This document shows positions 12,588 to 24,074 of a stretch of DNA of 64,000 nucleotides, piece after piece; the first letter of the stretch is position 1; every line of letters starts with the position of its first letter. The DNA is from Dictyostelium discoideum. Lineage: Eukaryota. Where the stretch lies: the NCBI GenBank assembly GCA_000004695.1, contig CM000150.2, positions 3,488,001 through 3,552,000 on the forward strand, given 5' to 3'. The notes beneath the pieces were generated by a model that saw only the letters and a list, made by a program, of their open reading frames with translations, searched no databases and was not told the DNA's origin. Position numbers and translations under genes: made by a program.

Positions 12588-15500
12588 TTAACCAACTCTA
12601 GGAATACAAACTTTGACATCAACAAAGAGTAATACCAAGAAACCAAGTACCAAGAATAAAACAATATTGTGAGCATGGTATGAAGAAGCATATGGCCATT
12701 GTTTTTCACTTTGACGAAGAGCCATTGGAATGAAAGACCATAAATGCCATAAGGTAGAGAAAGAGAAACCAGCTACGACAACCAAAAGCCACATATCATT
12801 TTGGAAACAATTAAATCTAAGTACAGCACTCATCATAGCCAAGATATTAACAACAAAGAGGATAATATTTGGAAGGAAAAGTCTTGAATTTTTAATGGTA
12901 TCAGATTCTTTGTTTGAAGTACGGAAAGATTGTTCAGCCTTATGTTTACCACTTGATTCTTGAGCATTATCATTTTCATTGACCAATTTAGTTTGACGGA
13001 AAACTTCACAAACTACTGGTTTCTTTACGAAATCTCTCTTCCAATTCCACATGGCTAACTTATGACGACTAATCTTTCTAGCTTTAAGAAGTTTAACGAT
13101 TGAAGCGGAACCTTCTCTCCATGATGAAATATAAGTACCAGCAAAACCAAAGAAAGTTTGTTCAGCTCTCCAAAGATCAGTAGCTTCTACCCAAAGTGAT
13201 GGACCACTCTTACCGGCTTCATAAGGTCTCTTGGCTCTAAGAATCATATATTGAATGACTCTTGGTAACACCATTACAGGAATCATACCGACGAGAATGA
13301 AAATGATTGGATCTTTTACAACGATTGGTACAGTCCAAATACTCATAATTAATGGAGAAGCACCATAGAAGAAAGCAGTTGGTGAAAGGAATGGATAAAT
13401 ACAAGAATCAAGATTGTAAAGCATCTTTCTCCAACCAAGTTTACCTCTAATGTAACCCCAAGGAGTGAGAGAGAAAATTTCAACTGCACCTTGAGCCCAA
13501 CGTTTTCTTTGTTCCAAAGTTTCTTTAAGATCTACTGGAGCGGTACCAACTACAAGTACTTCATTGTGATACCAAGATTTGTAACCACTAACTTGTAATT
13601 TCATACCAGTATACATATCTTCTGTTACAGAGTTATACATAATACCACCGATATCATAGAGTGGTTGACGTCTGAAAATAGCGTTTGTACCTACGAAAGG
13701 ACAGGCATTGTTTGCAGAACGACCTTCCATTACTGGACCATAAAACTCCATATTACGATGACCTAATGGATCGTCTACTGGATAAATGTTACTAAAGAAT
13801 TGTGGTGTTTGAACAAAAGCCAAATCTTGACCTTCATCACTGTAAAAGTATGGTAAAACTCTTTTGAGGAAATCTGGATGAGGTTGTTGATCTGCATCAA
13901 GTAAACCAAGGAACTCGTAATCGGCTTTAGTTGATTCATTAAAGAGGGCATTATTGATGTTACCTGCTTTATTATGTGGAATGGGTGGTTTACGTCTACG
14001 AAGGTAGGTACATTTTGGTGAAACTATTGGACCATCACAAGTATCGAAATCTATACGTACATTACCGGAAGAGATTTCATCCCATGGTAACTCTTGTCTA
14101 CCCATCATCAACACTTGATATTGTGCCATTGCTAATGCTTCAGTATTGAGGAATCTAAGACGATGTTGATTATTCAATTCGGAAACAAAGTTTCTAACAT
14201 AATCTTTCTTTAAGAGAATTGAACGAATCAATGGACGGAAGAATGCTGAACCATGCCATAATGATTGGAGGGAGTCAATGGTAAAGTTGGAAATCTTTTC
14301 ACTCTCACTCTTTGTGAATGTACGATATGGTGAGAAATTATCATCACGAAGTTTAGCGATTAAAGCACGTTCAGCATCATCGGCATCTCTTGGAATCTCT
14401 TGACCAACACCAAACCATGAATTCAATAGGAAATATTCAATAAACCATTGAACCTCTGCTTCAATGACTTCCTTTGTTGAGGATTCAATCTTTGAACTGG
14501 TTTCATTTAGAATACCATGTGGATCTTCATGTTGACTTGTTACAGGTGGACGAATATTGTGAACGGAATAAACTGCCTTTTGTAAGAGTACATAAAGGAA
14601 ATTCTTTTCAACCGATTGAAGATGTGCCCAACCTCTTGATTCACGATAATTTACAGAATCATCCAATAAACCAATCCAAAGGTTTTCACTTGGATAATCC
14701 ATAGAGATTGCAGTTCTAAAAGTACGTGATACAATGGATGGTGGTTCTTTGTAAGTACAAACGTACATCATAACGGTTGGATGCTTCTTTCTTCTCTTGG
14801 CAAGGATTTGTTCCAATGTTACCACCAAAACAAAAGTACATGGATTGGTAAAGTTATTCAAATGCAATGCTGAACCCAAAAATGAGATAAACTCTACAAT
14901 GATGAAAAGGATTGAATAAGAGAATGTGATATAATCGGTTCTATTCATTGTCCAACCGGCACGATATGCAAAGTAAAAAATATTCCAAATTAAAAATACC
15001 GCCATGGTTGCTTGAAGAATTGCATGAGAAAAGTATGGTTTAACTTCAAATACAACCTCCTTCTTCTCTTCACCAATGATTGTCTCTAATGTTTCAGAAT
15101 CTTCTTTGGCGACATGTTTCTTTTTACTTAATTGCATTGATGATGGTTTCTTCTTTTGTGATGACAACTCTTTATCTTTTTGCTTTTGTTGTTGTTGCTG
15201 TTGTTGTTGTTGCTGTTGTTGCTCTTGGTATACCTTGTGTTGACGCATTTTCTCTTCCATCTCTGCTAAACTAATATCAGGATCAACCAATGTATCAAAT
15301 CTTTGACCGCCACTTGTTGTGCCATATTCCGATGATGGAGAATTCATTTCCTTTGGGAACTGTTTCTTTTGTTCATCATTACCGCTGCCGCCACGAGAGT
15401 TTGAAGATGATGGTAAATCATCCATACCTTCACTAATTGGTAAACCTTCGGTTATATTACCATCGTCACCACTACCACCATCATCTTCACCAAAGTCCAT

Positions 15501-15767
15501 CACAGTATTCTTTTTCTTTAAAACACCACTACTCTTTAACTTTCTCTCTGAATCTTTTCTAACAGATTTCTTTTTTAAATCTCTTGCTATCCATTTCAAA
15601 TTGCTTTGTGATGGTTTTGGTTTTAAATTTCTACTACTTTGATTATTACCAATATCTCTACCAATATTATTACTACTATTATTCATACTATTATTATAAC
15701 TACCCCCACTACTATTTATATTATTAGGGGTGTTTATTGGGAAATCACCCCCTTCATTTCTATCCAT
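12588..15767 (-). CDS. dcsA: Cellulose synthase catalytic subunit (UDP-forming), intronless, 1059 aa
   Basis: GT-2 processive glycosyltransferase motifs are present: LLDDSVN, GLLDADQQP, VTEDMYTG and QRKRWAQG (QxxRW). TM clusters flank the catalytic loop. Length and architecture match Dictyostelium DcsA (1059 aa). Confidence 0.9.
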   Translation of the reverse strand: MDRNEGGDFPINTPNNINSSGGSYNNSMNNSSNNIGRDIGNNQSSRNLKPKPSQSNLKWIARDLKKKSVRKDSERKLKSSGVLKKKNTVMDFGEDDGGSGDDGNITEGLPISEGMDDLPSSSNSRGGSGNDEQKKQFPKEMNSPSSEYGTTSGGQRFDTLVDPDISLAEMEEKMRQHKVYQEQQQQQQQQQQQQKQKDKELSSQKKKPSSMQLSKKKHVAKEDSETLETIIGEEKKEVVFEVKPYFSHAILQATMAVFLIWNIFYFAYRAGWTMNRTDYITFSYSILFIIVEFISFLGSALHLNNFTNPCTFVLVVTLEQILAKRRKKHPTVMMYVCTYKEPPSIVSRTFRTAISMDYPSENLWIGLLDDSVNYRESRGWAHLQSVEKNFLYVLLQKAVYSVHNIRPPVTSQHEDPHGILNETSSKIESSTKEVIEAEVQWFIEYFLLNSWFGVGQEIPRDADDAERALIAKLRDDNFSPYRTFTKSESEKISNFTIDSLQSLWHGSAFFRPLIRSILLKKDYVRNFVSELNNQHRLRFLNTEALAMAQYQVLMMGRQELPWDEISSGNVRIDFDTCDGPIVSPKCTYLRRRKPPIPHNKAGNINNALFNESTKADYEFLGLLDADQQPHPDFLKRVLPYFYSDEGQDLAFVQTPQFFSNIYPVDDPLGHRNMEFYGPVMEGRSANNACPFVGTNAIFRRQPLYDIGGIMYNSVTEDMYTGMKLQVSGYKSWYHNEVLVVGTAPVDLKETLEQRKRWAQGAVEIFSLTPWGYIRGKLGWRKMLYNLDSCIYPFLSPTAFFYGASPLIMSIWTVPIVVKDPIIFILVGMIPVMVLPRVIQYMILRAKRPYEAGKSGPSLWVEATDLWRAEQTFFGFAGTYISSWREGSASIVKLLKARKISRHKLAMWNWKRDFVKKPVVCEVFRQTKLVNENDNAQESSGKHKAEQSFRTSNKESDTIKNSRLFLPNIILFVVNILAMMSAVLRFNCFQNDMWLLVVVAGFSFSTLWHLWSFIPMALRQSEKQWPYASSYHAHNIVLFLVLGFLVLLFVDVKVCIPRVG

Positions 15768-16233
15768 TATTTTTTATGACAAGAAATTGAATTTATATAT
15801 ATTTGTATTATTATTATTATTATATTTAAATAAAAAAAGGATATTAAACTATAGTAAGTTGATTTTTTTTTATTATTATAATTAAAAAAAGAAAAATCTT
15901 AAATGGTTAATAATTAATTATAAATAATATAAAAAAAAAAAAAAAAAAAAACAAACAAATAATTATTTTTTTTTTTTTTATTTTTAAAAAAATAAAATTG
16001 ATTGACACAAAACAATATTTAATTTTAAACACACAAAAACATAAATATATATATATTATATTTATTTTTTTTTGATTTAAGAATTTTTTGGAGATTTATG
16101 TTAATTAATTTAATTATTACCCTAAATATTATTAATTTTATATGGATATGGTATTACAAATATATTTAATTTATAGTTTTATTTTCTTATTACAACAATA
16201 AAAAATATAAAGTAAAAACTGTTGTTGTTGTTT

Positions 16234-16264
<31 letters not shown>

Positions 16265-16559
16265 ATTATTTATAAAATTAAATAATAAAAAAAAAAGAAA
16301 AATAAAAAGTATAAATAAATAATTTTAAAAAAAAAAAAAAAAATAATAAAAATAAATAATTAAATAAAAATTAAAATAATTGTTGTATATAAGTGTGATG
16401 TATATAATAATTATTATTACTAAATTATTGTGGTTTGTTTTTTTTTTTTCTATATTTTTTATACATATCACCCAAACTAATAATAAAATAATTAAAAAAT
16501 AAATAAATAAAAAAAAAGGCAAAAAAAACACACACACCCTGTATATGTGCATGCACATA

Positions 16560-16700
16560 TATATATTTAAAAGTGCTAAATCTAAACAATTTGATGGGGT
16601 GGTTGATGTATGTGTGTGGGTGATATTGTGTGTGGTTTTGAAAAATAGTGGTATATTTTGTGGAGGTGGTGGTAGTAGTGATTATTTTAATTGTTTTTTT
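16560..16700. promoter_or_regulatory. G/T-rich island (plus strand; C/A-rich on the dcsA sense strand) about 0.8-0.9 kb upstream of dcsA. Candidate CAE/G-box-type element.
   Basis: GGGGTGGTTGATGTATGTGTGTGGGTGATATTGTGTGTGGTTTTG...GTGGAGGTGGTGGTAGTAGTG sits inside an otherwise >85% AT desert. Similar islands lie at 17690-17720, 18285-18300, 19085-19135 and 19200-19235. Confidence 0.3.
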
Positions 16701-17576
16701 TCTTATTATTTCCCTTTTTCAATAAGTTATTGATTGTTATGACAATATTTTTATTATTTTTATTAAGAGCGTTAAATTTTTTTTTTATTTATTAATACTA
16801 ATATGGTGATGATATTACTTTTTCTTTTTTTTTTTTTTTTTTTTTTTTAATTTTATAATTATTTTATTTTATTTTTATAATAAAACCATACAAATATAGA
16901 GTATTTGATTACTAAAAAAAAAAATAGTTATTTTGTAGTTTTTTTTTTTTTTTTTTTTTTTTTTTTGTTTTTTTTTTTTTTCTTTTTTTTGTTTTTTTTT
17001 TTTTGTTTTCTATTCAAATAAAAATAATACAATGAATAAATAATAATTATGATTTCAATGAAAACTTACTTTTTTTTTATTTTGCCAATATTAGATTATT
17101 ATTATTTTGGACAGTATTAAAAAGTTTTTTAAAACTAAAAATAAATAATTGAAAAAAAAAGGGGTTAATAATTATTATTATACATATGGAAATTAATTTG
17201 TTGATAACAAATAATTTTTTTTTTTCCAAATCTCCATAAATTTGTTATTACTCTTTATACAATCAAAATTAAAATAAATAATTAAATAAAAACACACGCT
17301 ATTGCTACACTACTAATACTAACGACTACCGTTTCTACTCTCTCTCCTCCCTTAAACAACAATATATTAAAAAAAAATTTAACTGGCTGTTATTATTTTT
17401 ATAATTATTATTATTATTTGAGATTAAATTATTTCAATTTTTTTTTTTAAAAAAAAAAAATTTTAAAAAAAAGATATTGAATTAAAAAAAAAATATATGG
17501 AATTATTCTTTTTTAATTAAACTATTAGTTAAATATAATTATTATTATTTTTTTTTTTTTTTTTCCAATTAATTTT

Positions 17577-17610
<34 letters not shown>

Positions 17611-17802
17611 TACAATTATATTGTGTTTAAATAATAATTATAAATATTGGAAGAAAAAAAAAAAAAAAAAAAAACTTGAAGGGGGTAGTGAGTGTGAGAG
17701 TAAAAGATAGTGGTGAAGTGTGGTTAAAACAAATAATAATTTAATTTTCAAAAATAGATAGAGATGGGTTGTGCAATTATTTATATTTATAGGTTATTTA
17801 TT

Positions 17803-17849
<47 letters not shown>

Positions 17850-18833
17850 AGGGTCCTTACAAATTTTAATACAAATAATTCGGGTATAATTAAATTAATA
17901 TTGAACAAACTTTATCGTTTTTATATTGTTGTTTCTCTTTTTTTTATATATATATATTTTTTATATATATATATTTTTTTTTTATTTTTTATTTTTTATT
18001 TTTTATTTTTTTTTATTTTTTTATGTAATGTTACTATTATATTGTTTATTTTTTTATTAATTATATATTATCTACAACTAATTAAAGTGTGAAATTCATA
18101 ATTATGAAGTTATTTTTATGATCAAAAAAAAAAAAATTAAAAATTAAAATTAAAAAATAAAAAATGAATAATATTTTAAAATAGATTAAAATAAATTCGA
18201 TGTTATTATTGTTAATTTTTTTAAAAAAAAAAAAGAACAAATAAAAATACTTGAATTGTTTAATTATTTGAGTATTCAAGAATTTGGGTGAGTGAGTGTG
18301 GTAGAATATGTTTTTCCATAAAAAAAAATATATTTTTTACTGAAAGTGAAATTACAAATACTAACCCAAACACGACTTTTTATTTTAAATTGGGTAATAA
18401 AGTAAAAAAAAAAAAAATAAATAAATTTGAAAAAACAATATTTTTTTTATTTTTATTTTTTAATTACAATAACCTCTAATTGTTGTAAAATAAAATAAAA
18501 TAAAATAAAAATACCTACTTTGAATTATACAAGTTTATTATTTTTTTTTTTTTTTTTACTTTATGGTTTGTTTTTTGATTAGAATTGGAAAAAAAAAAAT
18601 TTGTTTGTTTTTTTTTTTTTTTTTTATTTATTTAAAATTAAAAAAAAAAAATTTGAATAAATAAATAAATAGAAAATAAAAAATTAAATAAATAAATAAA
18701 ATATGGTCTTTATAGATTAAATTATAATTTTGATGAAGCGTTTATCAATATTATTTTTTTTTTTGTGTATGTGTTTAAATAATTTAATTGAAATTAAATA
18801 AATAACTTTTTTTTTTTTTTTTTTTTTTTTTTA

Positions 18834-18874
<41 letters not shown>

Positions 18875-19158
18875 TTAAAAAAAATATATGTATATATTAA
18901 AAAAATTAAAAAAAAATGGAAATTATAAAAAATAAATAAAAAAATAAAAAACAAATTTATTTGTATATTTTAATTGGCTTCAAAGTAAAACTTGTGTGGG
19001 TACATTCATTTGTGTTTTGTTTATTTTTTGATGATGAAAGAAATCAATTTGGGGAGAGAGTTTAGCACATATTTATAAAATTTATTTTCATATATAAACC
19101 ACACTCACACCCAAAATCATCATTGGGGTGTTTATACAAACACACAAATATTATTTTT

Positions 19159-19212
<54 letters not shown>

Positions 19213-20369
19213 TTTGTGTTTGTGTGTGTGTATGTTTTAAAACACCAAAACTGGTTTTTTTTTATTTTTTTAATTTATATTTTTTATGTAAGATGATACG
19301 ACACAGAATTAATCAATTTGATATGAATTGAAAAACAATAAAAAAAATAACAATAGCAGTATAACGAGAAAAAAATAATAAATAAATTAAAAAATTTAAA
19401 AAAAAAAAATGGAAAATATTAATAAAAAAAAATTTTATCTTATTATAGACGATATGAGTGTACCATTTTCGACTTTAAAACTTTCTAATAAAACATTTCT
19501 TTCTTTTTTTTTATCATTATTTTTTTTTTTTTTATTTTTTTTTTTTTTAAAGTGGTATCACTGACCTTTTTGAGCAACTTTTAATTTTTTTTTTTTTTTT
19601 TTTTTTTTTACTATTTCAAAAAGTTACTTTTCACTACAACTATTTTTAGAAGGTAATCGAGAACTAATCACTAATCTTTTTTTTTTAATACAATCATTTC
19701 TATCGAACTTTAATTTCTATTATCTAACTATTTTTAAGATTTAGTATCAAAAAATAAAAAATAAAAAAATAAAATAAAAATTTTTGGTTAAACGACTGAA
19801 AAAAAAAATATAAAAAGGAGTTTTTAAACAAAAAAAAACATTTACACAAAAAAAAAAGGCGCCTTTTTTTTTTTTTTTCAAAAAAACCACAAACATTGTT
19901 ATTTGCTGATTTTATTTTTTGGATTTTTTTTTTTTTTTTTTTTGATTTGAATTTTTTATTAATTAAAAAAAAAAAAACAAATTATAAATACCAATATTAA
20001 TTGTTGATTATTTTAAAAAAAACTGTTATTTTATAGTTAATTTTTATTTTTCTATTGGGCAATAAATATATTTTTTATTTTTTTAATTTTATTATAAATT
20101 AAATCATTCAACTCTCCAATACATTTCTTGGTCAATAGTTTGATCTTTAACCTTGGACAATGTACTTTTTAAAGATTTGTTACATATTTTGATTTCACCA
20201 GCTGATATTATGGATTAAAAAAATTTTTTTAAACAGTCTTTTCCAAATTTTGTTTTTTTTTTTTATTTTTTTGCACAATAATTTAAAAAAAAATTTTAAG
20301 TAAATATAAAAATATTTTATTTAATTAGATATATGTTAAGAATTTTTTTTATTTTTTTATTTTATTTAT

Positions 20370-21356
20370 TTAATTAAAAAAAAAAAAGAAAAAGAAAGAT
20401 ACAAAAGTTAAAGCAAATGAGAATAAATTGATTTTAATAAGATTTGAAGAATTAATTTCACTAAAATCAACAACGTCATTAATTTCAAAGAATTCATTTC
20501 TTATTCCACTATTACCATTTTCATTTTCATCGAAATTAGTATTAATACTACTCAATGAGAATTGATCGATATCTCTAATTGGAATCTCTTTTGAATTTTC
20601 AATTTCACTACTAAAACTTTCAATTTTATCATCACTTTGACTAGACTGATAACTATCAAATGAATTAATATTATTATTATTATTATCACTATTATTACTA
20701 TCACTATTATTACTACCACTACTACTACTACCACTACTACTACTACTTTGACTAATATTATTAATTATTGTATGATTATTAAAGAAATTTAAATCATCTA
20801 ATGGTATAATTTCAATATGATTAAGTGGAATAATTAAAGGATCATTTGAAATTGAAGTTGGATAAATATTTGGTCTTTTAATATAGATTTTAATGTAACC
20901 ATCATTTTGATCCACATTTTCAATTTTAAATTTTATGTATTCACCATTAATAGCACGGAATGAATATGATTTACTGAATGGACCTAATGGTTCTTGAATT
21001 GATTCATAGAAATCATAATAATATAATTTGAAATTAATATTTGAAATAACTTCAATTGTGAAAAACTTTTGATCACCATTATTAAAATATCCTAATGATT
21101 GGTTTGCACCTAACATTATCATATCTGTTGAAATTTCACCACCTGCTAAATGATATTTATTATTATTATTACTGTTACTACTACTATTATCATCAACTAA
21201 AACCTCTTTAACTCTTGAATAAACATAATCTATTGCACCTTCATGATTTGAATAAAATACAATAAAATGATTTTGTTGTTCTTCATCTTGAATATTTTGT
21301 TGACAAGAAATTAGTTTTATTAAAACTAAAAAAATAAATAATAATATTAGTTTCAT
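20370..21356 (-). CDS. Secreted or GPI-anchored Ser/Asn-rich protein (328 aa), function unknown
   Basis: N-terminal signal peptide MKLILLFIFLVLIKLISCQ, a central S/N-rich tract and a C-terminal hydrophobic tail LFSFALTFVSFFFFFFF (GPI-signal-like). Intronless. Confidence 0.55.
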   Translation of the reverse strand: MKLILLFIFLVLIKLISCQQNIQDEEQQNHFIVFYSNHEGAIDYVYSRVKEVLVDDNSSSNSNNNNKYHLAGGEISTDMIMLGANQSLGYFNNGDQKFFTIEVISNINFKLYYYDFYESIQEPLGPFSKSYSFRAINGEYIKFKIENVDQNDGYIKIYIKRPNIYPTSISNDPLIIPLNHIEIIPLDDLNFFNNHTIINNISQSSSSSGSSSSGSNNSDSNNSDNNNNNINSFDSYQSSQSDDKIESFSSEIENSKEIPIRDIDQFSLSSINTNFDENENGNSGIRNEFFEINDVVDFSEINSSNLIKINLFSFALTFVSFFFFFFFN

Positions 21357-21474
21357 TACTATTTTTAATTCTTTTTTTTTTTTTTTCCAAATATTTTTTT
21401 TATTTTTTTTTTTTTCGGATGGATTTTAAACAAAAAAAAAAAAAAAAAAAGGCTGGTATGTAAATGGGTATTTT

Positions 21475-21508
<34 letters not shown>

Positions 21509-22533
21509 TTTATTTTTTTCTTTTTTCGATTTTAAAAATTAAAATTTTAAAAATAATTGGTTATAAAAATGACAATAATATATCTGTTTGTATTTATGTG
21601 TGAATATTAAAATCTTGTCTCTTTTTCTTTGTAATTTTTAAAAAGAAAAAATAAAAAGATAAAAAAAATAATTTAAAAATGAAATAAAAAAATAAATAAA
21701 TAAAACATTACATATCTAAATGAATTTTCGAATGTGGGTTTTTTTATTTATTATAAAAAAAAAAAAAAAAAAAATAAAAAATAAGAAAATAGAATATTTT
21801 ATTATGTCAAATTTTAAAAAAAAAAGAAAAAAAAAAAAAAAAAAAAAGAAAAGAAAAAAATATTAAAGATGATGGGATTGAGGAAAAATTATTAAAAAAA
21901 AAAAATCATTTGGATGAATTGAATATTAAATCAATACTAAATTTAAATATTCATCAAATCAATAAATTCCATTGAACAATAATTTAATTTATTTTCTAAG
22001 ACATAGTTAAATAGAAATATAAAAAAAATATCCTAATTTATTTTTTTAATTTTTTTTTTTTTTTTTTTTTTTATTATTTTTTTTTTTTAACCTATGTTTG
22101 AATATAAATATCTTGTTTCTTTTTCTTTGTAATTTTTATAATAAATAATATCATGAATTGACAATAAAAAAAAATCTGAGTCAGCACACAGACAAGGTGT
22201 TATTTCTGAATAAAAAAAAATTCAAAAAAAAAAAATTTAAAAATACAAAAAATAAAAAAAAAATAAAAAAAAATAAAAAAAAAAAAAATAAAAACAAAAT
22301 ATTAATTAATTTTATGTCATTAATAAAACAAAACATAATAATAAAAATAAATATTATTTATTATGAAATAAAAAAAATAAAGAAAAAAAAAAAAAAAATA
22401 AAAGTAAAATAATATTGTGGAAATAAAAAAAAAATAAAAAAATAAAAAAATGAATAAAATATATGAAAATAATAATAATTTTGAAAACCAATTATTTAAA
22501 AAACTATCTTTATGTAAGTATGTTCCACAAATA

Positions 22534-22635
22534 AATTTAATTTATTAATATCCCACAAACCCCTCCCACCAAAAACAATTTTTAAAAAAATATTTTTACA
22601 TGTTGATGTGTGGGATATTAATAAACTAATTTATT
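22534..22635. promoter_or_regulatory. 17-bp perfect inverted repeat (TTTATTAATATCCCACA ... TGTGGGATATTAATAAA) with a ~47 bp spacer. The left arm contains a DUSE-like TCCCACAA.
   Basis: Seen directly at 22541-22557 and 22609-22625. The spacer contains CCCTCCCACC. The structure lies ~150 bp upstream of the KCTD9-like ATG at 22769. Confidence 0.4.
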
Positions 22636-22663
22636 TCCATTTTTTTTTTTTGTTTTTTTTTTG

Positions 22664-22694
<31 letters not shown>

Positions 22695-22768
22695 TTTTTC
22701 AAATTTTTTTTTTTTTTTTTTTATTAACACCAAATACCACACAATATTAAAATAAATATGTAGCTACC

Positions 22769-23836
22769 ATGAATGATGAACAGATAACAACAATTAATAA
22801 TCATAATACTCTAGATGAACAAGAAGATGAAATAAACAAATTAACAACATCTTCATCATCATCAACTTCATCATCACCATCAACTTCTTATATTACATTA
22901 AATAATGCACCACCACCAACAACAACACAACCAAAAATTCCAATAATAACACCACCAACAACAACAACAACAACAACCACTACTACTACTTCGAATACTG
23001 CTAATACTACAATAAATAATGATTCAATTTTAAAATTAAATATTGGTGGTGAAATTTATTATACGACTGTATCAACGATATTATCAGACTCAAATTCAAT
23101 GTTTTATTTAATGTTTGGTACTGGTAGATTTAATGTACAGAAAGGAGATGATGGTACTATATTTATTGATAGAGATGGTAGATATTTTCATTACATATTG
23201 AATTGGTTAAGATCAAAATTTATACCATTCATAAAGGATGATGCCATAAGGGATAGTGTTATGAATGAGGCTAAATATTATCAAATCACAAGTTTAATAG
23301 AGTATATGCAATACCAAATAGCATCACAAGCACCACCACCCGATATTGAAAAATTCTCACAAAAAGAAATATTACAATTGGTGAATCTATCACACCCAAA
23401 CCAACCTATTCAATTACCGTCTGCCAATCTATCAGGTTTGGATTTATCAGGTTTGAATTTAAAGAATGCTAATCTTAGATTTGCAAATTTAGAAGGTTCT
23501 CTATTGAAATATTGTAATTTGGAGGATGCAAATCTTGAATCTGCAAATCTTAAAAACTGTGATCTTAGATTTTCAAATATTTCATGTTGCAGTCTACAAA
23601 GAGCTCAACTTCAAAATTCACAACTTCAATACTCTTCCTTTGTTGGCTCAAATCTATCTGATGCTGAATTATGTGATGCACAACTTCAAAGTGCTGATTT
23701 TCAAAGTGCAAATCTTCAAGGTTCAAATCTTCAAGGTGCAAATCTGTTAGATACAAATTTACAAAATGCAAAAGTTCAAGGTACTTCATTTAGTAGAGTT
23801 CTTAATGTTCAACGTGCTAAAAATTTAAAAAGATAA
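22769..23836 (+). CDS. KCTD9-like protein: BTB/T1 tetramerisation domain followed by pentapeptide repeats (355 aa)
   Basis: T1/BTB: LKLNIGGEIYYTTVSTILSDSNSMFYLMF..IFIDRDGRYFHYILNWLR. Then more than 15 A(N/D)LxxA(N/D)L pentapeptide units (ANLSGLDLSGLNLKNANLRFANLEGSLLKYCNLEDANLESANLKNCDLRF...). Confidence 0.75.
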   Translation: MNDEQITTINNHNTLDEQEDEINKLTTSSSSSTSSSPSTSYITLNNAPPPTTTQPKIPIITPPTTTTTTTTTTTSNTANTTINNDSILKLNIGGEIYYTTVSTILSDSNSMFYLMFGTGRFNVQKGDDGTIFIDRDGRYFHYILNWLRSKFIPFIKDDAIRDSVMNEAKYYQITSLIEYMQYQIASQAPPPDIEKFSQKEILQLVNLSHPNQPIQLPSANLSGLDLSGLNLKNANLRFANLEGSLLKYCNLEDANLESANLKNCDLRFSNISCCSLQRAQLQNSQLQYSSFVGSNLSDAELCDAQLQSADFQSANLQGSNLQGANLLDTNLQNAKVQGTSFSRVLNVQRAKNLKR

Positions 23837-24074
23837 AATAAAAAAAAATAAAAAAATATATAATTGTATAAATTTAAATTTAATGAATATTTTTTTTTTT
23901 TTTTTTTTTAAACTATTTGTTTTTATTTAATATTTTAAAAATTATTATATTTTATTATTTATTATTTATTTTATTTTATTGATATTACTTTAATTTATTT
24001 ATTTATTTTATTTTTTTCTTTTTTTTTTTTTTCTTTTATTTTATTTTTTTTTTTTTAATTTATTTTTTTTTTAT

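Noticed and set aside
16000-20300. Retrotransposon or DNA transposon (DIRS, TRE, Skipper, DDT) remnants in the large intergenic desert
   Set aside because: There is no ORF with RT, integrase or transposase motifs, and no LTR-like long direct repeats. The region is homopolymer-rich spacer with small G/T islands.
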